DNA from: an uncultured Gammaproteobacteria bacterium
GTDB lineage: Bacteria; Patescibacteriota; Microgenomatia; Levybacterales; GWA1-39-11
Direction of reading: 5' to 3'
DNA: 64,000 nucleotides
Assembly (NCBI GenBank): GCA_964504535.1
Contig: CAZDED010000001.1
Coordinates: forward strand, 101,804-165,803
In this document: piece by piece, positions 9,030-20,470 of the stretch
Numbering within the stretch: position 1 is the first letter of the stretch
Layout: each line of letters starts with the position of its first letter
Position numbers and translations under genes: made by a program
Notes under the pieces: model-generated
Databases searched by the model: none
What the model saw: the letters and a program-made list of their open reading frames with translations, nothing else
What the model was told of the DNA's origin: nothing

Positions 9030-10526
9030 ATGGCAAACCGTATCAAGCGGTTGCCAAGCTCAAAAAGATCTGCCCCGATCTACACTCGCTTTAAAAAGTT
9101 TGGTAATTTCTCAACATTCAAATTAAAGATAAAAAACCTTTTAAAAAGAGCTGGTAAAACAATTGACAGAAAACCTTTAACCTCATTCTTTGTTGTGCTT
9201 CTTGTGATTTTTGTTCTCATCGTGGCTGGTTCTTTTTTAAGAAAACCAAAGCAGGAAGCAACAGTTACCCCTCCTGAGAAAGAAGTTGCTGCCTATTCTA
9301 TAGGCTCTGCACCAACTATTAAGGTACAGGCACAAATTGAAAAAAGTGGAGTTATTAAAGTTGTAGCCCAGACTCCTGGAATCGTCAGTACTATAAACGT
9401 CAGCGAAGGCCAACAGGTCGGCAAAGGAACAACGCTCGTAAGTCTTTCCTCAAATTATCAGGGAGGAAATGCAGCTGGAGTTCAACGTGAAATCGCATAC
9501 GCTACCAACAAAAATGCGAAAGACACACTAGATACACAAAAAGATATCATCAAAAAACAAAGAGATTTAGCTAATAAGTCAGATGATAATTCAGATCAAC
9601 TAAGAGACATCACTTCAAAATCAATTGATGAAACAAAATCACTTTTAAGTCTCAATCAAGACATTGTTTCAAGTCTTAATTCGACCCTTTCAACTCTTGA
9701 ATCAACAAATGTTGGAGGAGCAAACGACGCTCAGATCCTACAGACAAAACAAATTATTTCTCAATATCAGTCAGCTGTCAATCAACTTCAGACAGGAGTA
9801 AGAGCATCTGAATATCAAGGAGCCGGTGACAAACCACCTGCAGATCTTTCTAATATGACCAAAGACCTTACTCAAAGACAGTTAGATCTTCAAGAAAAAG
9901 CACTTACCCTTTCAGTTGAGGTCTCGGCACTTCAATTAAAACTTGCCCAAATCCAGGAAGGAACCATGCATCCAGCCGCTCCATTTACAGGAGTCGTTGA
10001 CAGAATCTATGTCACTGAAGGAGAAGCAGTCAACCCTGGAACACCAATTGCTCTTATTCATGGCGCACAAAAGCTAAAGGCAGTAGCTCGAGTGCCAAGA
10101 GACATTGCGCAAAAATTATCCCAAGTTGATGAGGCTACCCTTTCAATTGATGGAAAAACATATAAGACTGCGCCGGTCTATATCTCAACAGAGGCAACTG
10201 ATGGATCACTATACTCCGTAATTTTTGATGTACCGACAGACTTTCAAGACAATCTGACTAACAACGAATTCATAACGGTTGAACTACCTGTTGGATACGC
10301 TGATACCTCAACAGCAGTTCCTTTTGTTCCGCTGGATGCCATCTATCAAAGCACAGATTCCTCATATGTTTTTGTAATCAAAAACGGCAAGGCAACTACT
10401 AAAAAGGTCAAATTAGGGTCTATCGTCGGACAATATGCACAAATAGAATCGGGTCTTACTTCGGGAGATGAGATTGTCCTGACAAGAACGGTTGTGGCAG
10501 GGGATAGTGTGCGCCGCACCAAATAA
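9030..10526 (+). CDS. Second HlyD-family membrane-fusion (periplasmic adaptor) protein, partner of the downstream RND pump.
   Basis: It has a TM anchor (FFVVLLVIFVLIVAGSF), a lipoyl-like hairpin (GVIKVVAQTPGIVSTINVSEGQQVGKG ... FTGVVDRIYVTEGEAVNPGTPI), a long coiled-coil and a beta-barrel C-terminus. Confidence 0.75.
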   Translation: MANRIKRLPSSKRSAPIYTRFKKFGNFSTFKLKIKNLLKRAGKTIDRKPLTSFFVVLLVIFVLIVAGSFLRKPKQEATVTPPEKEVAAYSIGSAPTIKVQAQIEKSGVIKVVAQTPGIVSTINVSEGQQVGKGTTLVSLSSNYQGGNAAGVQREIAYATNKNAKDTLDTQKDIIKKQRDLANKSDDNSDQLRDITSKSIDETKSLLSLNQDIVSSLNSTLSTLESTNVGGANDAQILQTKQIISQYQSAVNQLQTGVRASEYQGAGDKPPADLSNMTKDLTQRQLDLQEKALTLSVEVSALQLKLAQIQEGTMHPAAPFTGVVDRIYVTEGEAVNPGTPIALIHGAQKLKAVARVPRDIAQKLSQVDEATLSIDGKTYKTAPVYISTEATDGSLYSVIFDVPTDFQDNLTNNEFITVELPVGYADTSTAVPFVPLDAIYQSTDSSYVFVIKNGKATTKKVKLGSIVGQYAQIESGLTSGDEIVLTRTVVAGDSVRRTK

Positions 10527-10532
10527 CATCTC

Positions 10533-13500
10533 ATGGAACAAAAAAATTCATACCTGTCACGTCTTAAGTTTGATCCGACTTTGCTTTCATCCTTTAAAGC
10601 AAAATATTTATCTAATATCCGCATTGTTCTGTTGTTGCTTTTTTTGATCGTTGCAACTGGAGTATCAAGTTTTCTGACCCTTCCGAGAAGACTAAATCCT
10701 GAAGTCAAAATCCCAATCGTTGCCGTGACAACTATTTTGCCCGGTGCAAGCCCAAAAGATGTTGAGGAACTCGTCACAAACCCAATTGAAGACGCCATCA
10801 AAGGAACGAAGGGAATAACAACCCTTAACTCAAGTTCCAACGAATCAGCTTCAACAATAATTGTTGAGTTTAGCTCAAATATAAGTCCAGACAAAGCTGA
10901 GGCTGATTTAAAATCAGCAGTAGATACCGTAACAGATCTGCCTGAGGATGCAAAAGACCCAATTGTCAGAAAGTTTGATTTTGAGGACCAACCGATATGG
11001 ATATTTGCCGTAAAAAGTAATGATCCGGCATCACTTTATAGGTTTTCAAAGCAGTTAAGAGATAAGCTTGAGGATGATTCTATTATCGACAGAGTGACCG
11101 TGAGTGGCCTTGAGGATCAGGAAATCCAAATCCTTGCTGACGCTGAGGAAATAACCAACAACGGAATAAATCCCCTAATGCTGTCAGGAACCATCCGCTC
11201 ACTCTTGGCATCCTACCCGTCAGGAAATGTAAATTCACAAAGTCTCTCATTCCCAGTCGGCATTAATCCATCAATTGCTTCAACAAATGATCTTCGCAAT
11301 ATGACTCTTAAAGTAGAGGGAGAACAGGTAAAACTATCTGATATCGCCTCAGTCTCTGAAAAGACAAAACCAGGACTTCAGAAGGCGTTTATTGCTGACA
11401 ACGCTTCAAAAGCAGAAACGGTAGCTACCTTTTCAGTCTATAAAAACAGTTCAGCAACTATTGATGAAGGATCACAAAGGACAAAAAAGATTGTTGAGGA
11501 TATGATAAAACCATACAAAGACACGTTCAAAGTCGTTAGTATCACAGATTCTTCCCATCTTATAGATGATGAATTTGGAAATTTAACTGACAGTTTTCGT
11601 GACACATTAATACTTGTCTTTATTACATTTCTTATTTTCCTTGGTATCAGACAAGCGCTCATTGCTGTTCTTACCATCCCACTCACCTTTCTTGCTACTT
11701 TTACCGTCATCCACAGCGTTGGACTCTCACTAAATTTCTTGACTTTATTTTCACTTCTTCTGGCTCTTGGACTTTTAGTCGATGACACGATTGTTGTAGT
11801 AACCGGTATGACTTCTTACTACAGAACCAAAAAATTTACACCACATCAGACTGGTCTTTTGGTATGGCGCGATCTTATTGTTCCCATCTGGAGCACAACA
11901 ATTACAACATCATGGGCATTTTTACCTTTACTTCTTTCGACAGGAATCATAGGAGAATTCATAAAAACAATTCCAATAGTGGTCGCAACAACTCTCTATT
12001 CATCAACAGCAATTGCTGTTCTTATAACAATACCACTTATGATTGTTGTCTTGAAATTTAACATCCCCAGAAGAGTTGCCATCCTCATGAAGATCGTTAC
12101 TATTCTTCTTGTTGTATTTCTTATATTGACCCTATTTAAAGGCAACCCCTTTGTGATAGTGATTCTTTTATTGACCGCTCTTTTTGCATATATAACGATA
12201 AGGGAAAGGGCATTGCTATACTCGAAATTTGAAGATCTTATTGGCCGTACAAGAATCAGAAATACTAAAGTTCTTGCTACTCGCTTCAATGAACGGTTGA
12301 TAGATATAGAGCATCTAGCACTTTACTACAAACGGGTCATATTAAGGATTCTTTCATCGAAGTCTGCAAGGAAAAAAGTTCTGATAGCAGTTGTCATCTT
12401 CTCTATCTTTTCATATCTTTTGGTTCCTTTAGGATTTGTTACCAATGAATTCTTTCCTAAAAGCGAAAACGATTATATCTATGTGAATTTGGAGATGCCA
12501 AGCGGATCAAATACAACAACCGTCACAAATGCCACAAGTTCACTTCTTGAAAAATTGAGAAAAACAAACGGCATAGAATATGTGTCTGCTGAGGTCGGTA
12601 AAGGGATTGATGCCGGAGCACAAGACTTTAGATCAGGTGGAAATGTAGCACTATTTACATTGTCACTTCCTTCGAAAAATGAAAGAAAAATCGACTCGCT
12701 TGAAATTGCAAATAACATTCGGGAAGAACTAAAACACATCAAAAGTGAAGGAAAAATTTCAGTCGTTGAGTTGTCTGGAGGACCACCGGCTGGAGCTGAA
12801 GTTCAAGTGCAACTATTGGGGGATGATTTGGCGAAACTTGACAGTTATGCAGATCAGATAATGGCTTTTCTTCAAAAACAGCAAGGAATAATTAATGTAA
12901 CAAAATCAGTAAATCCCGGCACGTCAAAGATAGTATTTGTTCCTGATTCTTCAAAATTAGCTGCTTCGGGAATATCACAAGACTCACTTGGTATATGGCT
13001 CAGAACTTTCACAACGGGTCTCACGTTTAAAAGTGTTAAATTCGGGGAGAAAGAATCAAAAGACGTTGTGTTTCGTATGAATCAAGACACACAAAGCCCT
13101 GAGGATCTTTCCCGTCTTTCAGTTCCGGATAGCGACAAATCGTATGTGCCTTTACTCTCTTTGGGAGAACTGAAATTAGATACAAATCCAACCGCAATAA
13201 CGCATCTTGATACCAAAAGGACGATATCGGTGAGTGCTGGAGTGAGTAAAGGTTATTCTGTTTCAAAATCGAATGAAAGCTTGCTGAAATATGTAGATGG
13301 ACTAAAACTTACTGACGGATATGAGTATAGGACTGGTGGGGTTAATGAAGAAAATCAAAAATCAGTCACCTCAATCCTACAATCTATGATCCTTGCTGGG
13401 ATTTTGATTTTAGCAACTATGGTCATCCAGTTCAGAAGTTATAGAAAGGCTCTTATTGTCATGCTTGTTATTCCCCTTGCCGTCTCTGGAGTATTTATCG

Positions 13501-13880
13501 TATTTGCACTTACCGGTACGCCACTTTCTTTCCCAGCACTTATCGGGGTGCTTTCCCTCTTTGGAATAGTGGTAACACACGCCATGTTTTTAGTGGACAA
13601 ATTCAATAGAAACTTAGCAATAAATATGCCATTTAAAGAAGCTATTGCAGATGGTGCCGCAAGTAGGCTAGAGCCGGTCTTTATTGGGTCATTTACCACC
13701 ATTGTGGGACTTATCCCTATCTCTTTATCAAATCCTCTCTGGCGTGGACTTGGAGGGGCTATTATTGCAGGACTCGCTTTTTCAGGAATCATCATGTTAT
13801 TCTTCATTCCGGTAATGTACTATATCGTGTATAGGCACGACTATGAGAAGAAAACTTCTGGAACAAATCCCCGAGTTTAG
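10533..13880 (+). CDS. RND efflux transporter permease, AcrB/HAE family (1115 aa, 12 TM).
   Basis: It shows the typical N-terminus (TM1 then LPRRLNPEVKIPIVAVTTILPGASPKDVEELVTNPIEDAIKG), two large periplasmic loops, and 12 predicted TM helices in a 1+5/1+5 arrangement. Confidence 0.85.
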   Translation: MEQKNSYLSRLKFDPTLLSSFKAKYLSNIRIVLLLLFLIVATGVSSFLTLPRRLNPEVKIPIVAVTTILPGASPKDVEELVTNPIEDAIKGTKGITTLNSSSNESASTIIVEFSSNISPDKAEADLKSAVDTVTDLPEDAKDPIVRKFDFEDQPIWIFAVKSNDPASLYRFSKQLRDKLEDDSIIDRVTVSGLEDQEIQILADAEEITNNGINPLMLSGTIRSLLASYPSGNVNSQSLSFPVGINPSIASTNDLRNMTLKVEGEQVKLSDIASVSEKTKPGLQKAFIADNASKAETVATFSVYKNSSATIDEGSQRTKKIVEDMIKPYKDTFKVVSITDSSHLIDDEFGNLTDSFRDTLILVFITFLIFLGIRQALIAVLTIPLTFLATFTVIHSVGLSLNFLTLFSLLLALGLLVDDTIVVVTGMTSYYRTKKFTPHQTGLLVWRDLIVPIWSTTITTSWAFLPLLLSTGIIGEFIKTIPIVVATTLYSSTAIAVLITIPLMIVVLKFNIPRRVAILMKIVTILLVVFLILTLFKGNPFVIVILLLTALFAYITIRERALLYSKFEDLIGRTRIRNTKVLATRFNERLIDIEHLALYYKRVILRILSSKSARKKVLIAVVIFSIFSYLLVPLGFVTNEFFPKSENDYIYVNLEMPSGSNTTTVTNATSSLLEKLRKTNGIEYVSAEVGKGIDAGAQDFRSGGNVALFTLSLPSKNERKIDSLEIANNIREELKHIKSEGKISVVELSGGPPAGAEVQVQLLGDDLAKLDSYADQIMAFLQKQQGIINVTKSVNPGTSKIVFVPDSSKLAASGISQDSLGIWLRTFTTGLTFKSVKFGEKESKDVVFRMNQDTQSPEDLSRLSVPDSDKSYVPLLSLGELKLDTNPTAITHLDTKRTISVSAGVSKGYSVSKSNESLLKYVDGLKLTDGYEYRTGGVNEENQKSVTSILQSMILAGILILATMVIQFRSYRKALIVMLVIPLAVSGVFIVFALTGTPLSFPALIGVLSLFGIVVTHAMFLVDKFNRNLAINMPFKEAIADGAASRLEPVFIGSFTTIVGLIPISLSNPLWRGLGGAIIAGLAFSGIIMLFFIPVMYYIVYRHDYEKKTSGTNPRV

Positions 13881-14661
13881 GAAAAAAATCCGTTCCTTTT
13901 ATAAAGAAAACAAACGAGAATTTGCGTGGCGAAATACTTCTGACCCTTACGAAATACTCGTCTCGGAAATGATGCTTCAGCAAACCCAAACAGGACGGGT
14001 TATTGAAAAATATGCGTCATTTTTAAATGCCTTTCCAACCGTTTCACACCTTTCAAAAGCATCCACTTCAGAAGTCTTAAAGGCATGGCAGGGCTTGGGA
14101 TACAACAGAAGAGCACTATATCTGAAGCGCACAGCTGAGATAATTTGTGAAAAGCACGATGGTACTTTTCCCAAGCTCAAAGAGGAATTAGTAGAACTCT
14201 CCGGAATAGGTGAAAATACAGCTGGTGCGGTAATTGCATTTGCTTATAATGAACCGGTAATTTTTATCGAAACTAATATAAGACGTGTATTTATTCATGA
14301 ATTTTTCCGTGAAAAAGAAATTGTTGACGATCAGGAAATTTACCCACTCATTGAAGCCTCTTTAGACACCAAAAATCCACGCGAATGGTACTATGCGTTG
14401 ATGGATTATGGCGCCCATTTAGGAAAAACGGTAGTTAACCCAAACAGGAAAAGTAAGACGTATTCCAAACAATCAAAGTTTGAAGGATCACTGCGTCAAG
14501 TCCGCGGAAAGATATTAAAACTCCTTTTGGAAAAGCCTACGACTGAAACGTCACTATCAAAACGAATTGAGAACAAAGAGTTTTATGCAACAGCTCTTCA
14601 TCAATTAGAAAAAGAAGGTTTTATTGTAAGAAAATCAAATAATCTTTCTCTAAAGCCTTGA
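13843..14661 (+). CDS. HhH-GPD base-excision DNA glycosylase (MutY/Nth-like) lacking Fe-S cluster cysteines.
   Basis: The N-terminus aligns with MutY (PYEILVSEMMLQQTQ...VI.KY..F...FPT...LA.A...EVLKAWQGLGYNRRALYLKRTA) and there is an HhH motif (LVELSGIGENTAGAVIAFA). The C-terminal 80 aa contain no cysteines. It overlaps the RND gene 3' end by 38 nt. Confidence 0.65.
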   Translation: MRRKLLEQIPEFRKKIRSFYKENKREFAWRNTSDPYEILVSEMMLQQTQTGRVIEKYASFLNAFPTVSHLSKASTSEVLKAWQGLGYNRRALYLKRTAEIICEKHDGTFPKLKEELVELSGIGENTAGAVIAFAYNEPVIFIETNIRRVFIHEFFREKEIVDDQEIYPLIEASLDTKNPREWYYALMDYGAHLGKTVVNPNRKSKTYSKQSKFEGSLRQVRGKILKLLLEKPTTETSLSKRIENKEFYATALHQLEKEGFIVRKSNNLSLKP

Positions 14662-14692
14662 TTTTAAAAGTGTATTTTTCTAAGATATATAT

Positions 14693-15469
14693 ATGACAGA
14701 TCTAAAGAATTTCTTTAAAGAAAACAAACTTGTCCAAAATTACGCATGGATTCTTATTCTTACCGTTTTTTTCCTCTGGCTGGTCAATTATTTTAATATT
14801 TCCTATCCTCTCACCATAACCTCCCGCGCTGCATCTGGAGAATTAGCAGTTGTTGGCGAAGGAAAGGTCGATATAACTCCAAATAACGCATCTGTTGATC
14901 TTGGGATTGTAACCAATGATGCAAAGTCCGTTGATGATGCACAAAGTCAGATAAATAAAGTAAATAACGCAATTGTTGCAAATCTTACACAACTCGGGAT
15001 TGATAAAAAGGATATAAAGACTTCAAATTATTCGATAATGCCTAATTATGATTACTCCAAAGGTGGGGCTGGAACTATTACCGGATACAATGGCAACACA
15101 ACTGTTACAGTTAAAGTGAAAGACACTTCAAAGTTACCTGACGTAATTGCGGCCGCAACCAAGGGTGGCGCAAATCAAGTAATGGGCACCAACTACTCCG
15201 TCGAATCTCCGGAAAAATACAGAGAGCAAGCCCGCAATAAGGCCATAACAAATGCTAAAGAGCAGGCACAAAAATTGGCAGGAGAACTAGGAATTAGACT
15301 TGGAAAAGTCACAAACATTGTAGAGTCTACAAATGACAATGGATCTTATCCATTAATGTATAAAGCTGAAGCGGTAAGTATGGGCGGTGGAAATGCTCCT
15401 GTCCCAGATCTTCAACCAGGAACCCAAACAATCTCATCCTCAGTCACTCTCTACTTCGAAAAGAGATAG
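14693..15469 (+). CDS. SIMPL-domain (DUF541 / YggE-like) periplasmic protein.
   Basis: It has an N-terminal TM and a core matching the SIMPL pattern (GEGKVDITPNNASVDLGIVTNDAKSVDDAQSQINKVNNAIVANLTQLGIDKKDIKT...YSIMPNYDY). Confidence 0.65.
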   Translation: MTDLKNFFKENKLVQNYAWILILTVFFLWLVNYFNISYPLTITSRAASGELAVVGEGKVDITPNNASVDLGIVTNDAKSVDDAQSQINKVNNAIVANLTQLGIDKKDIKTSNYSIMPNYDYSKGGAGTITGYNGNTTVTVKVKDTSKLPDVIAAATKGGANQVMGTNYSVESPEKYREQARNKAITNAKEQAQKLAGELGIRLGKVTNIVESTNDNGSYPLMYKAEAVSMGGGNAPVPDLQPGTQTISSSVTLYFEKR

Positions 15470-15472
15470 TAA

Positions 15473-16645
<1,173 letters not shown>

Positions 16646-16738
16646 ATTTTTGCATTTCATGGCGGCGCCGTTTCAGAGGCCGAGATGACGCTTGCGCTAA
16701 ACTTGACACACTCACCTCTTTTTTACTATCATGGATAT

Positions 16739-17470
16739 ATGCGAAAAAGACTGCTCGTTATATTTTCTGTCTTAATTTTCGGAATTTCTCCATCCCTTGC
16801 TTTTGCTGAAGATTCTGCAACTACAAATACTATCACCTCTGATACTACCGTTACTGCTACCCCTACCACGACAAAAGAAAAACATAACGAAACATCAAAG
16901 GTCCGCCCTACTATCGCCTCCGCCATGAAAGATGCAAAAACTGAAATGCACGACAAGAAGGAAGAGGTAAGAACAGAATTTAAAACGAAACTGGCAGAAA
17001 TCAAAGACGCTAAGAAGCAATCTATAGTCACAAATATTGATGCCAGAATCAATACAATCAATAAGAACCGGACTGATGAAATGTCTAAAAGACTAGAAAG
17101 ACTTACTACTATTCTTACAAAAATATCTACAAAAGAGGCTACTCTTTCTTCCGAAGGAAAAAACACCACGACGTTGAAAAACGATATCACAGCAGCAACT
17201 ACTGCAATCAATGCAGCAATTACTGCAGTTAGTGATCAGGCTGCAAAAGACTATGTCGTAACACTAACAACTGATACTGCACTTAAAACCAACGTCTCAA
17301 CAGTAATAAAGCAATTCATGTCTGATATGAAGGCTGTGTATGCTAAAGTTGTCGCTGCCCAGTCAGCAGTACGTAAGGCTCATACGGATCTTGCAAAACT
17401 TATGGGTGTCACTCCATCCCCTACAACAACTACACCAACAGTGACGGCAACAACTACACCAACGCCATAA
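16739..17470 (+). CDS. Secreted Thr-rich coiled-coil protein of unknown function.
   Basis: A signal peptide (MRKRLLVIFSVLIFGISPSLAFA) is followed by Thr-rich segments and a charged helical core, with a TPTVTATTTPTP tail. I chose the internal Met start because the upstream 18 codons have no features and a TTGACA / TATCAT promoter-like pair sits at 16703-16732. Confidence 0.45.
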   Translation: MRKRLLVIFSVLIFGISPSLAFAEDSATTNTITSDTTVTATPTTTKEKHNETSKVRPTIASAMKDAKTEMHDKKEEVRTEFKTKLAEIKDAKKQSIVTNIDARINTINKNRTDEMSKRLERLTTILTKISTKEATLSSEGKNTTTLKNDITAATTAINAAITAVSDQAAKDYVVTLTTDTALKTNVSTVIKQFMSDMKAVYAKVVAAQSAVRKAHTDLAKLMGVTPSPTTTTPTVTATTTPTP

Positions 17471-17481
17471 CAATCTAAAAT

Positions 17482-17946
17482 ATGGAAAATAAAGACCAAA
17501 CAACACCAACAACACAAATCCCACCAACACCGGTTCAACCGGAAGCTACAACGCCAGCAACACCTCCTCCAACGACGGGCGCTCCTTCCGCAAGTCAGAC
17601 TACTGTACCTCCTACTCCCGTCCCACCAACACCTCCACCTGTTGCAGCAACAGCTCCTGTTGTTGCACCACCTTCTTCTGGAAAGAAAAATAACGGACTT
17701 CTTGTCGTGGCATTTATCCTTGTTACATTAATCATTATTCTAGGAGCACTTTATTACATCATCATGAAGCAATCCTCATCTCAACAGCAAGTTTCGCCAA
17801 CTCCTGTTCAAAAGATTGTCGTCACCCCAACAACGCCACCGGTAACTCCAACCATTACACCAACTGATGAGGATATACTAACTACTCCAGTCCCCAATCC
17901 TGAGGAGGACACCACCCAGCTTAATACAGAAATCCAAGGACTTTAA
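17482..17946 (+). CDS. Pro/Thr-rich single-pass membrane protein.
   Basis: It contains PTP/PPT low-complexity segments flanking one TM helix (LLVVAFILVTLIIILGALYYIIM). Confidence 0.4.
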   Translation: MENKDQTTPTTQIPPTPVQPEATTPATPPPTTGAPSASQTTVPPTPVPPTPPPVAATAPVVAPPSSGKKNNGLLVVAFILVTLIIILGALYYIIMKQSSSQQQVSPTPVQKIVVTPTTPPVTPTITPTDEDILTTPVPNPEEDTTQLNTEIQGL

Positions 17947-17947
17947 T

Positions 17948-18280
17948 TTACGAAAGACTTGAAAGAAGAGAAGAAACGAGAGAGACTACTATGCTAAAAA
18001 GTATGGCTGTCAAAATTCCACTCACATAAAATCCGGGTACGACTGATCCAACAAGCAGAACAAGAAGTCCATTTAAGATCAATAAGAACACTCCAAGTGT
18101 CAAAATCGTTAGCGGGATAGTCAAAATCACTAGAACCGGTTTTAGGAATGTATTAACAACACCCAAAACTATAGCTACTACCACAAGCGTTGTTATAGAG
18201 TCTATTGTTACACCCGGGATGAGAAATGCAGCCACAAATACCGAGATTGTCAGGATGATGAGTCGAAGTATCAAATTCAT
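17948..18280 (-). CDS. DUF360 / phage-holin-family 4-TM membrane protein (YvlD-like).
   Basis: The 110-aa product has four hydrophobic helices and matches the DUF360 pattern (AAFLIPGVTIDS...VLGVVNTFLKPVLVILTIPLTILTLGVFLLILNGLLVLLVGSVVPGF). Confidence 0.6.
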   Translation of the reverse strand: MNLILRLIILTISVFVAAFLIPGVTIDSITTLVVVAIVLGVVNTFLKPVLVILTIPLTILTLGVFLLILNGLLVLLVGSVVPGFYVSGILTAILFSIVVSLVSSLLSSLS

Positions 18281-18315
18281 TCTTTTATTATATCCCTATG
18301 CATAGATTTATCAAC

Positions 18316-19371
18316 TCATGCCGATCTTCTGAGATTGAATTCTAAAAGATTTTTTAGTATTTCTTTTTGATTTTTCTCCCCTTCCAAATTATTAAAAATT
18401 CTCCAGACGTTAACCATGATATTTTCGATATCCTGATCCAATAGTTCTACGATTTTATACTTAGAAATTAAATTCCGGATACTACTCATTTGTAGCATGG
18501 TAAGATCTGCATTTCCAAAAGCCTCATTGAGCATTTTTCTTTCATCACTATCAACTTTTTCATAAAGAAGAGAACGTATGAGTGTTTTTTTGTTCTCCCT
18601 GATATCTGACCCCACCGGTTTCCCAATAACATTTTCGTCACCTAAAATTCCGATGACATCATCTTTCATTTGAAATATCGTCCCGATATATTCACCCAGT
18701 TCTTCAAATTCATTTTTTATAGACTCCTGTTTTTCAGAAATAATACAAGCCAAAACAAACGGGAGCGAAAAAGTATATCTCGCAGTTTTATATTTATAGA
18801 CAGAATATATTTCATCGATTGCCGCTTCTTCAGGGGTCTGACCAAACTCTGAGTCAATTCCTTCAGCTAAGGCAACAGTTTTAATCTCTTTGGATAAGTA
18901 TGCTATTAGTTTGCCAACAGATTGTGATTCAACCCCTGAGATCAACTCCATCGCCAAATAAAAGGAAACGTCTGCAACCATCATTGCTATTGAAATTCCA
19001 TAATGCTTTGCTTCTGTGGCACCGAGACTTTTGCCTTTATCTTCATAGCTTGCAAATATTGTTTTTCCGCCACGTCTCATGTAATCATTGTCGATGATGT
19101 CGTCCTGAATCAAAAGGGATGAATGTATGAGTTCAATAGCACAAGCAACTTGTATGTGATCTTTTGTAATTTTTTGACCCAATAGTTCGACAGTCAATAA
19201 GAATAACGTTCCGCGGATCAGTTTTCCTTTAAATACAAATTCCTCTAATGAATCGATGATTCCTTGCTTCTGAAGAGAATCTGGTATTTCCTCTTTTTGT
19301 AACTGTAAAAATTGTTTTAAATTTTCTTCGATAAGATTTCTTGAAGAAATCGAATATTCTTGAAATGTCAT
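18316..19371 (-). CDS. Polyprenyl diphosphate synthase (IspA/GGPPS family).
   Basis: The first Asp-rich motif is LLIQDDIIDNDYMRRGG and the second is FQMKDDVIGILGD...GKPVGSDIRENKKT. Confidence 0.85.
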   Translation of the reverse strand: MTFQEYSISSRNLIEENLKQFLQLQKEEIPDSLQKQGIIDSLEEFVFKGKLIRGTLFLLTVELLGQKITKDHIQVACAIELIHSSLLIQDDIIDNDYMRRGGKTIFASYEDKGKSLGATEAKHYGISIAMMVADVSFYLAMELISGVESQSVGKLIAYLSKEIKTVALAEGIDSEFGQTPEEAAIDEIYSVYKYKTARYTFSLPFVLACIISEKQESIKNEFEELGEYIGTIFQMKDDVIGILGDENVIGKPVGSDIRENKKTLIRSLLYEKVDSDERKMLNEAFGNADLTMLQMSSIRNLISKYKIVELLDQDIENIMVNVWRIFNNLEGEKNQKEILKNLLEFNLRRSA

Positions 19372-19432
19372 AGTGGATTTGCTTGAACCATATTATACTT
19401 GAATTTGCAGCTTAAAAATAGTTTTGAGGCAA

Positions 19433-20443
19433 TTATTGTTGTTTTGGAGCAGGTACAATATTTAGAGGCATATTGCTCATAAATCCGGTTAGATTCTGAT
19501 GGGTGGTCTCTACAATCTTATGTAATGCTTCGTTACTATTAAAAGCATTGTGAGGCGTAACAATGACTTTTGGATGTTTTACCAACATGTGATCCTCCAG
19601 AATTGTCATTAACTTATCTTTTTCAAACGAGAGGGAAAGCAGGTCTTTCTCTTCTTCTAACAACGGCTCTTCTTCTAAAACATCAAGCCCTGCAGCTTTT
19701 ACTTTTCCGGCATCCAATGCCTTAAGAAGTGCCATACTGTCAATTAAAGCTCCCCTGGCTGTATTTATAATTACAACCCCATCCTTCATCATATTAAATT
19801 GTTCCTCCCCTATATAATGATGTGTTTCTTTCGTGTAGGGAATGTGTAGTGAAATAATATCTGATTGCTGATACAAAACAGGTAACTCCACGAATTTGCA
19901 TCCCAATTCTTTTTCGAGTGCATAATCTGGGGTTCTTTTGTAAACAATCGCGTTCATTCCAAATCCTCGCGCTATCCGTATTACGTTTGTTCCGATACTT
20001 CCAACTCCTATAACCCCAATTGTTTTTCCTCTCAGTTCAAATCCCGTTAGACCACTTGGCATAAAATTTCCTTCTTTCACCCGCTCAATGGATTCCGGAA
20101 GTCTTCTTGAGATTGCGAGAAGCAAAGCAAACGTATGCTCAGCAACAATGGTTTCGCCATATGTTGGAACATTTGAAATCAAAATGTTACGATTTTTACA
20201 TTCATCGGTATCAATATGATCAAAACCAGTGGACATTGTTGTAATAAATTTAAGATTTGGCATCTTGTCTAAAAGTTCTTTGTTAAATTGAGTATGAATG
20301 AAGGTAATTACTACGTTAAAAGTATCAAGTCCGGGGGTATTCTCATCGAGAGCTCCATCAAAAAAAACGAGTTCATTATCTTTAATTTCGTTTTGGAAAT
20401 ATTCTTTTTCCCAAGGTTCTAAGTCAAAAAAAGCTAACTTCAT
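19433..20443 (-). CDS. D-isomer-specific 2-hydroxyacid dehydrogenase (NAD-dependent, LdhA/SerA-like).
   Basis: It has a Rossmann fold (GKTIGVIGVGSIGTNVIRIARGFGMNAIVY) and a catalytic R/E/H arrangement (NTARGALID...TPHNAFNS). Confidence 0.85.
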   Translation of the reverse strand: MKLAFFDLEPWEKEYFQNEIKDNELVFFDGALDENTPGLDTFNVVITFIHTQFNKELLDKMPNLKFITTMSTGFDHIDTDECKNRNILISNVPTYGETIVAEHTFALLLAISRRLPESIERVKEGNFMPSGLTGFELRGKTIGVIGVGSIGTNVIRIARGFGMNAIVYKRTPDYALEKELGCKFVELPVLYQQSDIISLHIPYTKETHHYIGEEQFNMMKDGVVIINTARGALIDSMALLKALDAGKVKAAGLDVLEEEPLLEEEKDLLSLSFEKDKLMTILEDHMLVKHPKVIVTPHNAFNSNEALHKIVETTHQNLTGFMSNMPLNIVPAPKQQ

Positions 20444-20470
20444 GGCAGTTAATAAAGTATATGGAATTTA

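Noticed and set aside
16729-17211. Minus-strand 160-aa ORF.
   Set aside because: It is antisense to the Thr-rich secreted protein gene and its product is compositionally driven.
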